Below, one piece after another: positions 9,201-18,649 of a DNA stretch of 19,971 nt. A program made the translations under genes and the position numbers. Origin of the DNA: Octopus sinensis (taxonomy: Eukaryota); NCBI RefSeq assembly GCF_006345805.1, contig NW_021824103.1, positions 1 through 19,971 of the forward strand, given 5' to 3'. Within the stretch, counting starts at the first letter, position 1; every line of letters begins with the position of its first letter. A model generated the notes under the pieces. It did no database searches and was not told where the DNA came from. It saw only the letters and a list, made by a program, of their open reading frames with translations.

Positions 9201-10174
9201 ATCACCCCCATTTGATTTATATGGATAATACCATACCAAATTCTGGTGCCTTTAACTTAAGTACAATATTCATCTGAATCTAAATTTTTACTGAACCTAT
9301 ATATATACACACACATATATATAGATAGATATATGGATATATAGATGCATATATACATACATATATATGTATATGAATATGCATCTATCTGTCTATCTAT
9401 TTACACACACATATACACATACACATATATACATGTATATATAATAATATAGCATATTATATCATGCACGCGTGGCAATGTATGTAGTATCAATCATCTA
9501 TACATAGATACCAACATAGAGATATCTCAAGTATGTAACTCAGACTTACTAATCAGATTTGCTTATTGAACGTGACATGTACTTAAGACATACAACACAG
9601 AGAATGGATGTAGAAACCTATGTACAGGCACCTACATCCGCGCAAACATATCTACATATAATTGCATATTTACGTAAGCATATATGGTATATATGCATTT
9701 TCATACATATGTATGTATTTGTGATTTGTGTATATTTATCTTCAATATATAAGTATGTGTATATGTGCATGTATAAGTATTTATGAGTGTATGTGCGTAC
9801 ATCTTACGCTAACGTATTCATGCGCATGTATTTAAACGTATGCACACATATACATACAGTGGGGGAAATCGCCATTTTGAAAGTACTAAAGTGAGTAGGA
9901 AAGTAGCAGAAATTACATGAAGTAGAACAAGAAAAACAAAAACACAGTAAGAACAACAACAACAACAACAAACTCAATAAGAACAATCAGAAATTTTACA
10001 AAGTGATCAAACAGAATACGTAGGAGAATTTGAAAGAAAAAATAGAAAAAATAAGAAAGAAAATGCTATGATATTCTGAATCGTAACGTTACATTTGAAG
10101 AACATACGATAACAAGATCAACGTTTCCAGACCATGTTCGATCATTTGGCACCGATCTTTACTTAATTCTTTCA

Positions 10175-10207
10175 CACACACATACATGTATGTATATATA
10201 TATATAC

Positions 10208-10238
<31 letters not shown>

Positions 10239-10244
10239 CATATA

Positions 10245-10305
<61 letters not shown>

Positions 10306-10536
10306 TTACGTATATGTATATGCACTCTCATTCATGCATACATATGTGTGTGTTGATGTGTGTATGCATGTGTGCTCCCCCCTCCCACACACATATCTTA
10401 TAAATACATATATGTGTGAATGTGTGTGTGAGTGCGAAACATACTTATACATTCTACACACATATAGATACGACATCCTTATAACCCTTATACATATACA
10501 CCTGCATATATACATATATATTACACACACACACCA

Positions 10537-10567
<31 letters not shown>

Positions 10568-10576
10568 CCACATATA

Positions 10577-10612
<36 letters not shown>

Positions 10613-10620
10613 CATATGTA
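10175..10620. repeat. (TA)n/(TG)n/(CA)n microsatellite block
   Basis: Direct reading. Confidence 0.9.
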
Positions 10621-10739
10621 ATTATGTTATACAAATATTTGCATATAATTTCACATTGCTAACTGCTCTATCTAGCCCGCTTTCTTTGTATATCAACCAA
10701 ACTCTCTCCCCTCTCTCTGTGACAAACAAATACATATTA

Positions 10740-10830
10740 CTGTATGTATGTATGTATGTATGTATGTATGTATGTATGTATGTATGTATGTTGTATGTAT
10801 GTATGTATGTATGTATTGTATGTATGTATG
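10740..10830. repeat. (TATG)n microsatellite
   Basis: Direct reading. Confidence 0.95.
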
Positions 10831-11004
10831 TGTGACTATCTTGTATCTAACTCGTAGCCAAGGCAGCGAAGACATTATTACTTGAGCTTTTATCTCGTAG
10901 TAATGTAATAATTATAAATCTGTATAAGATGCTTGACTAACATCTGCTGTAAATAAACAACTGAGATGCTGTACATGTTTGTATCGAAACTGCTGTCTAC
11001 TGTC

Positions 11005-11265
11005 TTATGTATGTATGTATGTATGTATGTATGTATGTATGTATGTATGTATGTATGTATGTATGTTTGTGAGTATGTATGGATGTATGTATGTATGTTT
11101 GTGTGTATGTATGTATGTATGTGTGTATGTATGTATGTATGTATGTATGTATGTATGTATGTATGTATGTATGTATGTATGCATGTATGTATCGTATGTA
11201 TGTATGCATGTATGTATGTGTGTATTTATGTATGTATGTATGCATGTATGTATGTATGTATGTAT
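11005..11265. repeat. (TATG)n microsatellite
   Basis: Direct reading. Confidence 0.95.
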
Positions 11266-11268
11266 TCA

Positions 11269-11476
11269 TTTTACTCTTTTACTTGTTTCAGTCATTTGAC
11301 TGTGGCCATGCTGGAGCACCGCCTTTAGTCGAGCAAATCGACCCCGGAACTTATTCTTTGTAAGCCTAGTACTTATTCTGTCGGTCTGTCTTGCCGAACC
11401 GCTAAGTGACGGGGACGGCTGTAAAGCGATGTTGGGGGACAAACACAGACATACAAACATATACATAACAAACACA

Positions 11477-11538
<62 letters not shown>

Positions 11539-11667
11539 CGACGGGATTCTTTCAGTTTCCATCTACCAAATCCATTCACAAGGCCTTAGTCGGCTCGAGG
11601 CTATTGTAGAAGATACTTGTCCAAGGTTCCACGCAGTGGGACTGAACCTGGAACCATGTGGTTGGTA
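11269..11667 (-). mobile_element. SINE family 1, near full length, internal (CA)n(TA)n, small internal deletion
   Basis: Aligns with the other family-1 copies; tail TTTTACTCTTTTACTTGTTTCAGTCATTTGACTG. Confidence 0.9.
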
Positions 11668-11769
11668 CACACATTCATATTTACAGACATACAATTTTAT
11701 ATGGGAGTGTGTGTGTCAGAAACAACGTATATGTAAGTATATATGTATGTGTGTGTATACGTGTGTCTA

Positions 11770-11940
11770 TACGAGGACTGATCAATAAGTATCCGGACTA
11801 TTGCCATAGTAATGAAGCTAAAGCATGCAGAGTAAAACCCCTTAGCACAGATTGACCATAAACATTGCTGTGCATGCGCACTGAGTTTTAAGGTTCTAGC
11901 TCACTTCCGCTGTTTGCAGCAGTGTTTGGAAGGACCGTGT
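11770..11940 (+). mobile_element. Mariner-family transposon left end (TA + TIR + 5' UTR), truncated
   Basis: TA|CGAGGACTGATCAATAAGTATCCGGAC resembles mariner TIRs. 11894-11930 is 31/37 identical to the reverse complement of 17299-17335, which lies upstream of the mariner transposase start. Confidence 0.75.
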
Positions 11941-12479
11941 GGTGGACAAGATATCGGTCTTGTGGTTGGGGAAGTAGGAAAGGATGGAAGATATGGGGAT
12001 ATATATGTGCATATATATGCCCATATATCTGCATGTATGCATCAGTACATATAGGATTGCGTCGAATGTCTTTTAGTTCCGGAAACATGAGAGTTGTCCC
12101 ACAGAGAACGATTCCGGTTACTTTTGCATACTTCCTCGTATATGTGTGTGTATCCAACGTGACTACAGGCCATTTTTCCTCACCTGTCTTTTCTGGACGC
12201 GACGTATACATAACTGGACGTCATTTTTCTCGTCTCCCAACATTTTTCTTTCATTTTTCCTCTCTTTTTTCCTCTATTTCTCTATTTTCTCTCTTTTTTT
12301 CTCGTCTATTTATTCTACATCCTCTCAAAATTTCTCCCAAGTATTACACATTACCACGAGTTTTGGCCTAACAGCCCTTATTGTTTTGTCTTCGTCGATT
12401 GTTTACTCTGTACGTCTGTACGTCCAGCTCTAACTCTCCACAAACTGCACATGCATTTTTCTCGCGTATGCATAGTATC

Positions 12480-12692
12480 GATCATAACAGCTGATGTACT
12501 TACGCGTACAAATGCACGTTCCCACGCCTTTATCAATCGCATTCTCACCTGGAATCGATTTTTGTAATTTTTTCAAGACTTATACACGCCCTGATACCGT
12601 CGGTGTCTACATATCAAATTTGAGCGCAATCGGATGGAGGATGCCTGAGATCCTAGAAGACACTCAGACAGACGGAACGGATTTTATATAAT
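12480..12692 (-). mobile_element. Helitron/Helentron-like non-autonomous element fragment (DINE/HINE-like core)
   Basis: Minus strand TTATTATATAAAATCCGTTCCGTCTGTCTG...CCGATTGCGCTCAAATTTGATATG shows the GTCY micro-repeat then CCGAT...AAATTTG(G/A)TATG layout typical of these elements. May extend left to about 12050; no 3' hairpin/CTAG found. Confidence 0.45.
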
Positions 12693-12710
12693 AAATATAT
12701 ATATATATAT

Positions 12711-12872
12711 GTAGGGGTGGCTGTGTTGTAAGTAGCTTGCTTACCAACCACACGGTTCCGGGTCCAGCCCCACTGCGTAGTACCTTGGGCAAATGTCTTC
12801 TGCTATAGCCTCGGGTCGACCAAAGCCTTGTGAGTGGATTTGGTAGACGGAAACTGAAAGAAGCCCGTCGTA

Positions 12873-12925
<53 letters not shown>

Positions 12926-13104
12926 CGTATGTATATGTTTGTATGTTTGTGTCGCTTGACAAACGATGCTGGTGTGTTTACCTCCCCGTAACTTAACGGT
13001 TCGGCAAAATAGACCGATAGAATAAATACTAGGGTCGATTTGATCGACTAAAGGCGGTGCTCCACCATGGCCACAGTAAAATGACTGAATCAAGTAAAAG
13101 AGTA
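12711..13104 (+). mobile_element. SINE family 1, near full length, with internal (TA)n
   Basis: A-box-like GTGGCTGTGTTG, B-box-like GGTTCCGGGTCCAGCCC, body and GTAAAAGAGTA tail; two internal deletions. Confidence 0.9.
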
Positions 13105-13158
13105 TACATATATACATATATATACATACATATACATACATACATACATACATATACA

Positions 13159-13201
<43 letters not shown>

Positions 13202-13203
13202 TT

Positions 13204-13263
<60 letters not shown>
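13104..13263. repeat. (TACA)n/(TATC)n/(TA)n microsatellite
   Basis: Direct reading. Confidence 0.95.
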
Positions 13264-13264
<1 letters not shown>

Positions 13265-13265
<1 letters not shown>

Positions 13266-13478
13266 CGGTGGGCTTGCAGAGTCGTTCGTACTTTGGGTGA
13301 AGTGCTTCGCAACATTTCATCTATCTTTCCAATCTGAGTTCCTATCCCATCGGAGTCAACTTTTCCTTTCAACTTTCCGAGGTAGATAAAATAAGTACGA
13401 GTTGAACACTGGAATCGATGTAACCAACTTACCTCCTTCCAAAAACTTGTTGGCTGTGTGCCCAAAATTTGAACCAAT
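13265..13478 (+). mobile_element. SINE family 2, old diverged copy
   Basis: Aligns with 19692-19910 (…CTGAGTTC…CCTTTCAACTTTCCGAGGTAGATAAAATAAGTAC…). Confidence 0.75.
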
Positions 13479-13771
13479 TACTATTTATAGTTTAATTGCG
13501 ATTGGGGAAGTTTTATTAATTTAATTTCACTTATTTATGTTATTTTGGTAATCATTCATTTATTGCATTTATTTATTTATTTATAGGGTTATTTTGTCGG
13601 GCGATGATCAGCGCAGATAACAGCACCGTAGTTTAACAATGGCCGAATATCAAAGTAACAGTAGAGAACAAAGTATATTGAAACAATAAATAATGTACGT
13701 TTGTTGTGTGGGAAAAAACAGGCAGAGAATGAACCATAAAAAAAGAAAAAGAGAGAAAGTGGTTGTGTGTA

Positions 13772-13803
<32 letters not shown>

Positions 13804-13903
13804 AGAGAGAAAAAAAGAGAGAGAGAGAGAAAGAGAGAGACATAGAGACAGAACGAGATACATATATGCAATTACATCTTCACATGTATAAAATACATAC
13901 ATA

Positions 13904-14078
13904 ATAGGCACAGGAGTGGCTGTAGTGGTAAGTAGCTTGCTTACCAACCACATGGTTCCGCGTTCAGTCTCACTGCGTGGCACCTTGGGCAAGTGTCTTC
14001 TACTATAGCCTCGGGCCGACCAAAGCCTTGTGAGTGGATTTGGTAGACGGAAACTGAAAGAAGCCCGTCGTATATATG
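13904..14078 (+). mobile_element. SINE family 1, intact 5' half with Pol III A/B boxes
   Basis: TGGCTGTAGTGG (A box), GGTTCCGCGTTCAGTCTC (B box), CCTTGGGCAAG conserved block; ends in (TA)n. Confidence 0.9.
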
Positions 14079-14096
14079 TATATATATATATTATAT

Positions 14097-14144
<48 letters not shown>

Positions 14145-14149
14145 ATATA

Positions 14150-14370
14150 TTTTAATCCAAACGGAAACAGAAAAAACAACAACACGTGGAACAATTACAG
14201 TATTATTATTAATAGGCGCTCAGGAAAGATGGAAGCAGGAAGGTATGACGTTTCGCGCGGAGCTCTTCGTCGGAAACATAAGAAGGAAGAGAGAGGCAAG
14301 AAAGATCCCAAAGTGGGCAATAAGAGGGAGAAAAAAAAACGACTGGTGTTTACGAAGTACACATGGTGAA
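14150..14370 (-). mobile_element. Short interspersed repeat with a near-intact minimal hammerhead (14243-14277)
   Basis: Minus strand: GUUU CCGACGA A GAGC-UCC-GCGC GAAAC GUC|AUAC. Element boundaries approximate. Confidence 0.55.
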
Positions 14371-14615
14371 AGGCGGAAGTTTACGATAACAAGAGCAAAG
14401 TAGGTTTTTAAAGCCAAAGAGTGGAGACAGGGTTGGTACCGCACAGATGTGTGTGTATGTGTGAGTTGTGGTGTGCGTGTATGTATGTGTGTGTGAGGCG
14501 AGATAAAAAAAACAAAAAATATATGTATATGTTAGTGTGTGCGTCTGTGAGGTAGGGGCGAACAGTAGTAGGCAGCAGACAGTGGTCAGTAGTAAGAAAA
14601 TGAAGGAAGGAGGAA

Positions 14616-14639
14616 GGGAGGGAGGGGAAGGGGTGGGGG
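14616..14639 (+). other. Potential G-quadruplex
   Basis: GGG A GGG A GGGG AA GGGG T GGGGG: five G-tracts with 1-2 nt loops. Confidence 0.6.
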
Positions 14640-14969
14640 CGTATGTAACGTGCCAGCGTGTGTGTTGAGTAGTAGTATGTGTGTGTACAGTGTCGTAGTT
14701 GTATTAATGGCGAGTAGATTTGAAGTGTGTGTAAGAGTAATGTATATATTTAAGCAATGTGTGTGTGTGAGTGGGTGTATGTATGTGTGCGCGTGTGTGT
14801 AACAAAAAGGGGGGGGTTATAAGGAAAAAGGACTCCAGCTGAGGGGAAGATGGAAGAGTGGTCCCGCGGAGACGGGCGTGGGAGAACCCAACGACAGGCG
14901 ACGGCCCCAGAAACGAGCGGGAGGTCTCGTAGGGTCATGTGTGTGTGTGTGTGTGTTGTGTGTGCGTGT

Positions 14970-15184
14970 ATGTTTGTGTGTCTGTGTTTGTCCCCCTAGC
15001 ATTGCTTGACAACCGATGCTGGTGTGTTTATGTCCCCGTCACTTAGCGGTTCGGCAAAAGAGACCGATAGCATAAGTACTGGGCTTACAAAGAATAAGTC
15101 CCGGGGTCGAGTTCTTCAACTAAAGGCGGTGCTCCAGCATGGCCGCAGTCAACTGACTGAAACAAGTTAAAGAGTAAAAGAGTA
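14970..15184 (+). mobile_element. SINE family 1, intact 3' half
   Basis: TGTTTGTCCCCC…GCTTGACAACCGATGCTGG…GGCGGTGCTCCAGCATGGCCGCAGTC…AAAGAGTAAAAGAGTA. Confidence 0.9.
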
Positions 15185-15397
15185 TAATACAAAGTATAAG
15201 GGATTCGAAAATCCAGGCTGATATCTGGTAAGCACACCACTGCAGCTATCTAAACACTGGCTAACTGCATCGAGCACTCGATGTCCATCGAAACCAAAAG
15301 GATTCAAATTTCCGCGCTTGTAAACCCCGTCTCATCAGTAAACCCTAAGTTCGCTTAGAAGAATTTCGTAAAAATTCCCAGCGTATTTAAAATACAC

Positions 15398-15548
15398 CTA
15401 GGCACAAGGACCGAAATTTGGGGAGGGGACCAGTCGATTAGATCGACCTCAGTACGCAACTGGTACTTAATGTATCGACCCCGAAAGGATGGAAGGCAAA
15501 GTCGATCTCGGCAGAATTTGAACTCAGAACAAAGACAGACGAAATACT
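15398..15548 (-). mobile_element. SINE family 2, 5'-truncated copy
   Basis: ATCGACCCCGAAAGGATGGAAGGCAAAGTCGATCTCGGCAGAATTTGAACTCAGAAC matches 15760-15820 and the reverse complement of 19760-19820. Confidence 0.85.
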
Positions 15549-15620
15549 AACTAGAATGATGAATAAGATATCTTTAATACCGGTTTGCATCTAAAAGCAA
15601 ACGCAGGATTTCATATGCAT

Positions 15621-15887
15621 AATTTGAACTCAGAACGTAACGGCAGACGAAATACCTATTTCTTTACTACCCACAAGGGACTAAACATAGAGGGAACGAA
15701 CAAGGACAGACAAACGGATTAAGTCGGTTACATCAACCCAGTGTGTAACTGGTACTTAATTTATCGACCCCGAAAGGGTGAAAGGCAAAGTCGACCTCGG
15801 CGGGATTTGAACTCAGAATGTAATGGCAAAAGAAATACCGCTAAGCGTTTCGCCCGGGGCGTTAACGTTTCTGCTAGCTCGCCACCT
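15621..15887 (-). mobile_element. SINE family 2, full-length copy (15657-15887) fused to a B-box fragment of another copy (15621-15656)
   Basis: Head AGGTGGCGAGCTAGCAGAAACGTTAAC on minus strand, B box GAGTTCAAAT; AATTTGAACTCAGAA is repeated at 15621 and about 15806. Confidence 0.85.
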
Positions 15888-16169
15888 ACATATAAATGTA
15901 TACATACATGCATTTATGTGTAGAGGACATCAAAAAAACGTATACAGAATGTGAAACGAGAACATAAAAAACAAAAACATAGAACATTCATAATAAACAA
16001 ATATGTATGTAAATGTATATATATGCGTCTAGGAGTGTGTGTATAAATATATATATGTATGTGTGTGTGAGTGTGTGTGTGTGTGTGAGTGTGTGTGTGT
16101 GGTGTGTGTGTGTGTGTGTGTGCATGTGAGTGGGTTCATATACATATATGTATGTTTGTGAACCGTTTT

Positions 16170-16335
16170 GTTTGTGTTTGTCTCCCTTCACTACTTGGCA
16201 ACCAGTGTTGGTTTATTTGCATCCGCGTAACATAGCGCTTCGGCAAAATACAGCCGTTAGAATATGTAAGAAACTGGAAGAAAGTAATAAGGTCCATTTG
16301 TTCTATTAAATATTTGCATGGCCGCAGTACAATTA
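16170..16335 (+). mobile_element. SINE family 1, old diverged 3' half
   Basis: GTGTTTGTCTCCC…CTTGGCAACCAGTGTTGG…GTAACATAGCGCTTCGGCAAAA…CATGGCCGCAGT. Confidence 0.65.
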
Positions 16336-16853
16336 ATTTTAAGCAAAGGATAAAAGTTACAAAATATATGTGTATACATAGGAGTGTAATGTGCGTAAGT
16401 AATAGTATGTGAGTATGTGTGTGTATTTGTATATGTGTGTTTGTGTGTGCTCCGTGTTGGGAGGCGAGACATTGCCATGTGCGTTTCTAATGGTCAAAGC
16501 CATTCTGCAGATAATCCTTGGATCAAGCACCGCCAAGACCTGTCTAGCATTCTAATATCAGATTACGGTTTGGCATTAAATAGCAGTGAGCGTTCATTTA
16601 TTTATAGACGCGCCCGTGCACACACACCCGCATACACACACGCGCACGCACGCATACATACACACACAAACACGCGCACACTGAGATACTCACACAAACA
16701 TATACTAATACGCACTCACGGACACACTGACACACGCATATACGCAGAGTATTGAAACGTATACATGCAAGTATATGCAGGCGTAATGCATGTGTGTGTA
16801 TGTGTGCGTATGTGTGTGTGTATATATATATATACGTACATAAGTATCTTGAT

Positions 16854-17153
16854 CAAATGTACGAGTGAATCAGATGTTACCACGATGTCTGGAAAAATGT
16901 CGATAGTCACAAACGTTCTGGGAATCCCACAACCAGCAGAACTGCGAAACATATTGCAGATATGCGTGCAGCTGTGAGGGGAAATTATTGAGTCACCATC
17001 CGTGAGATATCAGAGGATGTGCAGATTAGTTACGGTTCAGTTCAGTCCATTATCACTGAAGATTTGGGTATGGGACTCGTGTCTGCCAAATTCATGCCAA
17101 AACTGCTTTCAGGTGACCAAAAGGACACTCGGGTTTCAAGATCTCCTGGATTG
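16854..17153 (+). pseudogene. Mariner transposase fragment (HTH region through the WVPxxL-like linker), with stops
   Basis: Translation QMYE*IRCYHDVWKNVDSHKRSGNPTTSRTAKHIADMRAAVRGNY*VTIREISEDVQISYGSVQSIITEDLGMGLVSAKFMPKLLSGDQKDTRVS follows the mariner pattern (RSGRP, TIREI, L-G-M-x-x-V-S-A-K-W/F-VP-K-L-L). Confidence 0.9.
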
Positions 17154-17156
17154 AGA

Positions 17157-17338
17157 TGAGTACGATGAAAACATTTTTAAAACTTTGCGTAGGCCTCTGA
17201 AAAGGTATCGCCAAGATTTTAGCAAAATTTGGTGCAGATATTTTGCTCAATTTTCTCTGTCATGCTCAATGCGTCGAACACACGCTACACACTTTCATTC
17301 CAAGCTATGCTGTAAACAGTGGATGTGAGCTAGAAATT
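17157..17338 (-). pseudogene. Mariner transposase N-terminus plus 5' UTR, opposite strand to the adjacent fragment
   Basis: From ATG at 17263 (minus): MTEKIEQNICTKFC*NLGDTFSEAYAKF*KCFHRT, matching the mariner N-terminal EQRxCIKFC helix. Confidence 0.8.
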
Positions 17339-17344
17339 TGATTA

Positions 17345-17451
17345 TTAATCACAACGATCGTTTCGACCCATCTTGAATCGGTATCTCGCCAGTAAGATAT
17401 TATACAACTGGTTGTGGTGCAGCTTTCGGTGCACATGCGTCTCGTCAGGTA
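17345..17451 (-). ncRNA. Two adjacent degenerate hammerhead-like motifs
   Basis: Motif 1: CTGACGA (17448-17442)…GAAA (17427-17424). Motif 2: CTGGCGA (17392-17386)…GAAAC GATC GTT with palindrome AACGATCGTT 17353-17362. Stems imperfect. Confidence 0.35.
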
Positions 17452-17987
17452 ACTTTTCAAAAGGTACCTCACTTAATAAACTCGGTTTCTCTTGATTGTA
17501 TTATAATCCATGTCATTGTTCGCCTGTAGCTGGTTGCCTACAAGCGCCGTAGTTTGGAGTTATATAGGATAAATACAGTTTATTTTTTATATATAAAGTT
17601 AATGGGTCTAAATATTGTTAATCGGGTTGATGCATTCGACTACATCCCTTCAATGTAATCTCTAAGCATACCCGCATTCTAATGATTAAAACAAGTAAAT
17701 GAAAAACATGAACTGGATTCTAACTCACTAATGGGGATTGATACCTAACTGCCGTGTTAGCATAGCAATTTGACCGTTTTATTTACGTGTTTTCAAAATC
17801 CATCTAACCATGAAAATTCAACAGGTCGAAACGGTAACATGATATTGTGTGATCTACATCACACATCCCAGGACTGATATCGATCCGGTGATACTTGTTG
17901 CTTGTCAGATATACTTCACATGACTTATCTGGTAAAATAATGCTACTGGTCAATAACTTATTTCTTTTACGGAGGTTATCATCATCG

Positions 17988-18016
17988 TCATCATAATCAT
18001 CATCATAATCATCAAT

Positions 18017-18047
<31 letters not shown>

Positions 18048-18232
18048 CCATCACCACCACCACCACCACCACCACCACCACATCATCATCATAATCATCA
18101 TCATCTTCATCGTCGTCATTGTCATCGTCTTCGTTGTCGTCATCATCATCATCATCGTCATCGCCATCGTCGTCGTCATCATCATCATCAACATCACCAC
18201 CACCACCACCACCATCATCATAATCATTATTG
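17988..18232. repeat. (CAT)n/(CAC)n/(CGT)n trinucleotide tract
   Basis: Direct reading. Confidence 0.9.
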
Positions 18233-18649
18233 TTTTGTCGTCTTACGATTGCAGTTACGCACAAAATGACGGCTCCCAAATCCTATTTTCTGATCATCTT
18301 TGTAAAGTAATTCTGGTTCTGTGCCTCCGGACCTTTTCTTTTTTAATTACTGGAACAAGTGAAATAGAACCTGTGTTTCAGTGTAAAAAAAGTTACAACA
18401 ATACACTAATTTGGAAAAATTTCAGAAAGTGCAGTGAAGCAGAAAAGATCCTACAAATACAATGTGAACGACTACGTTTTTCAGTGTTTCCTATTTTATC
18501 CTACGGCAAGCACAGTGTGATTTTAGTAACACTTAATTGCTGTTTCTAACAGATCGAGTGACTACGTAAAGACTCGTCCAACCTTAATCCTCTCTCCAAC
18601 CCAAACAATATCTCGACACATCAGATCACAAAACCATATGCAGGGACAT

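Noticed and set aside
9850-9897. Kinase-like peptide GEIAILKVL followed by a strong donor AAA|GTGAGT
   Set aside because: The upstream AG has no polypyrimidine tract and no other kinase exon is visible; a 9-aa match is expected by chance.
10100-10150. GAAACGTT|GATC on the minus strand resembling a hammerhead 3' half
   Set aside because: No CUGANGA-like core at a suitable distance.
13904-13980. tRNA gene
   Set aside because: A/B boxes are present but there is no cloverleaf, and the sequence continues into SINE body shared with other copies; the same holds for the heads at 19435 and 19692.
14835-14935. CTGAGGG…GAAAC…GTC as a hammerhead
   Set aside because: Core lacks A9 and no stem II closes next to GAAA.
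17790-17845. GGTC GAAAC GGTA resembling a hammerhead 3' half
   Set aside because: Core and 5' stem II strand absent.
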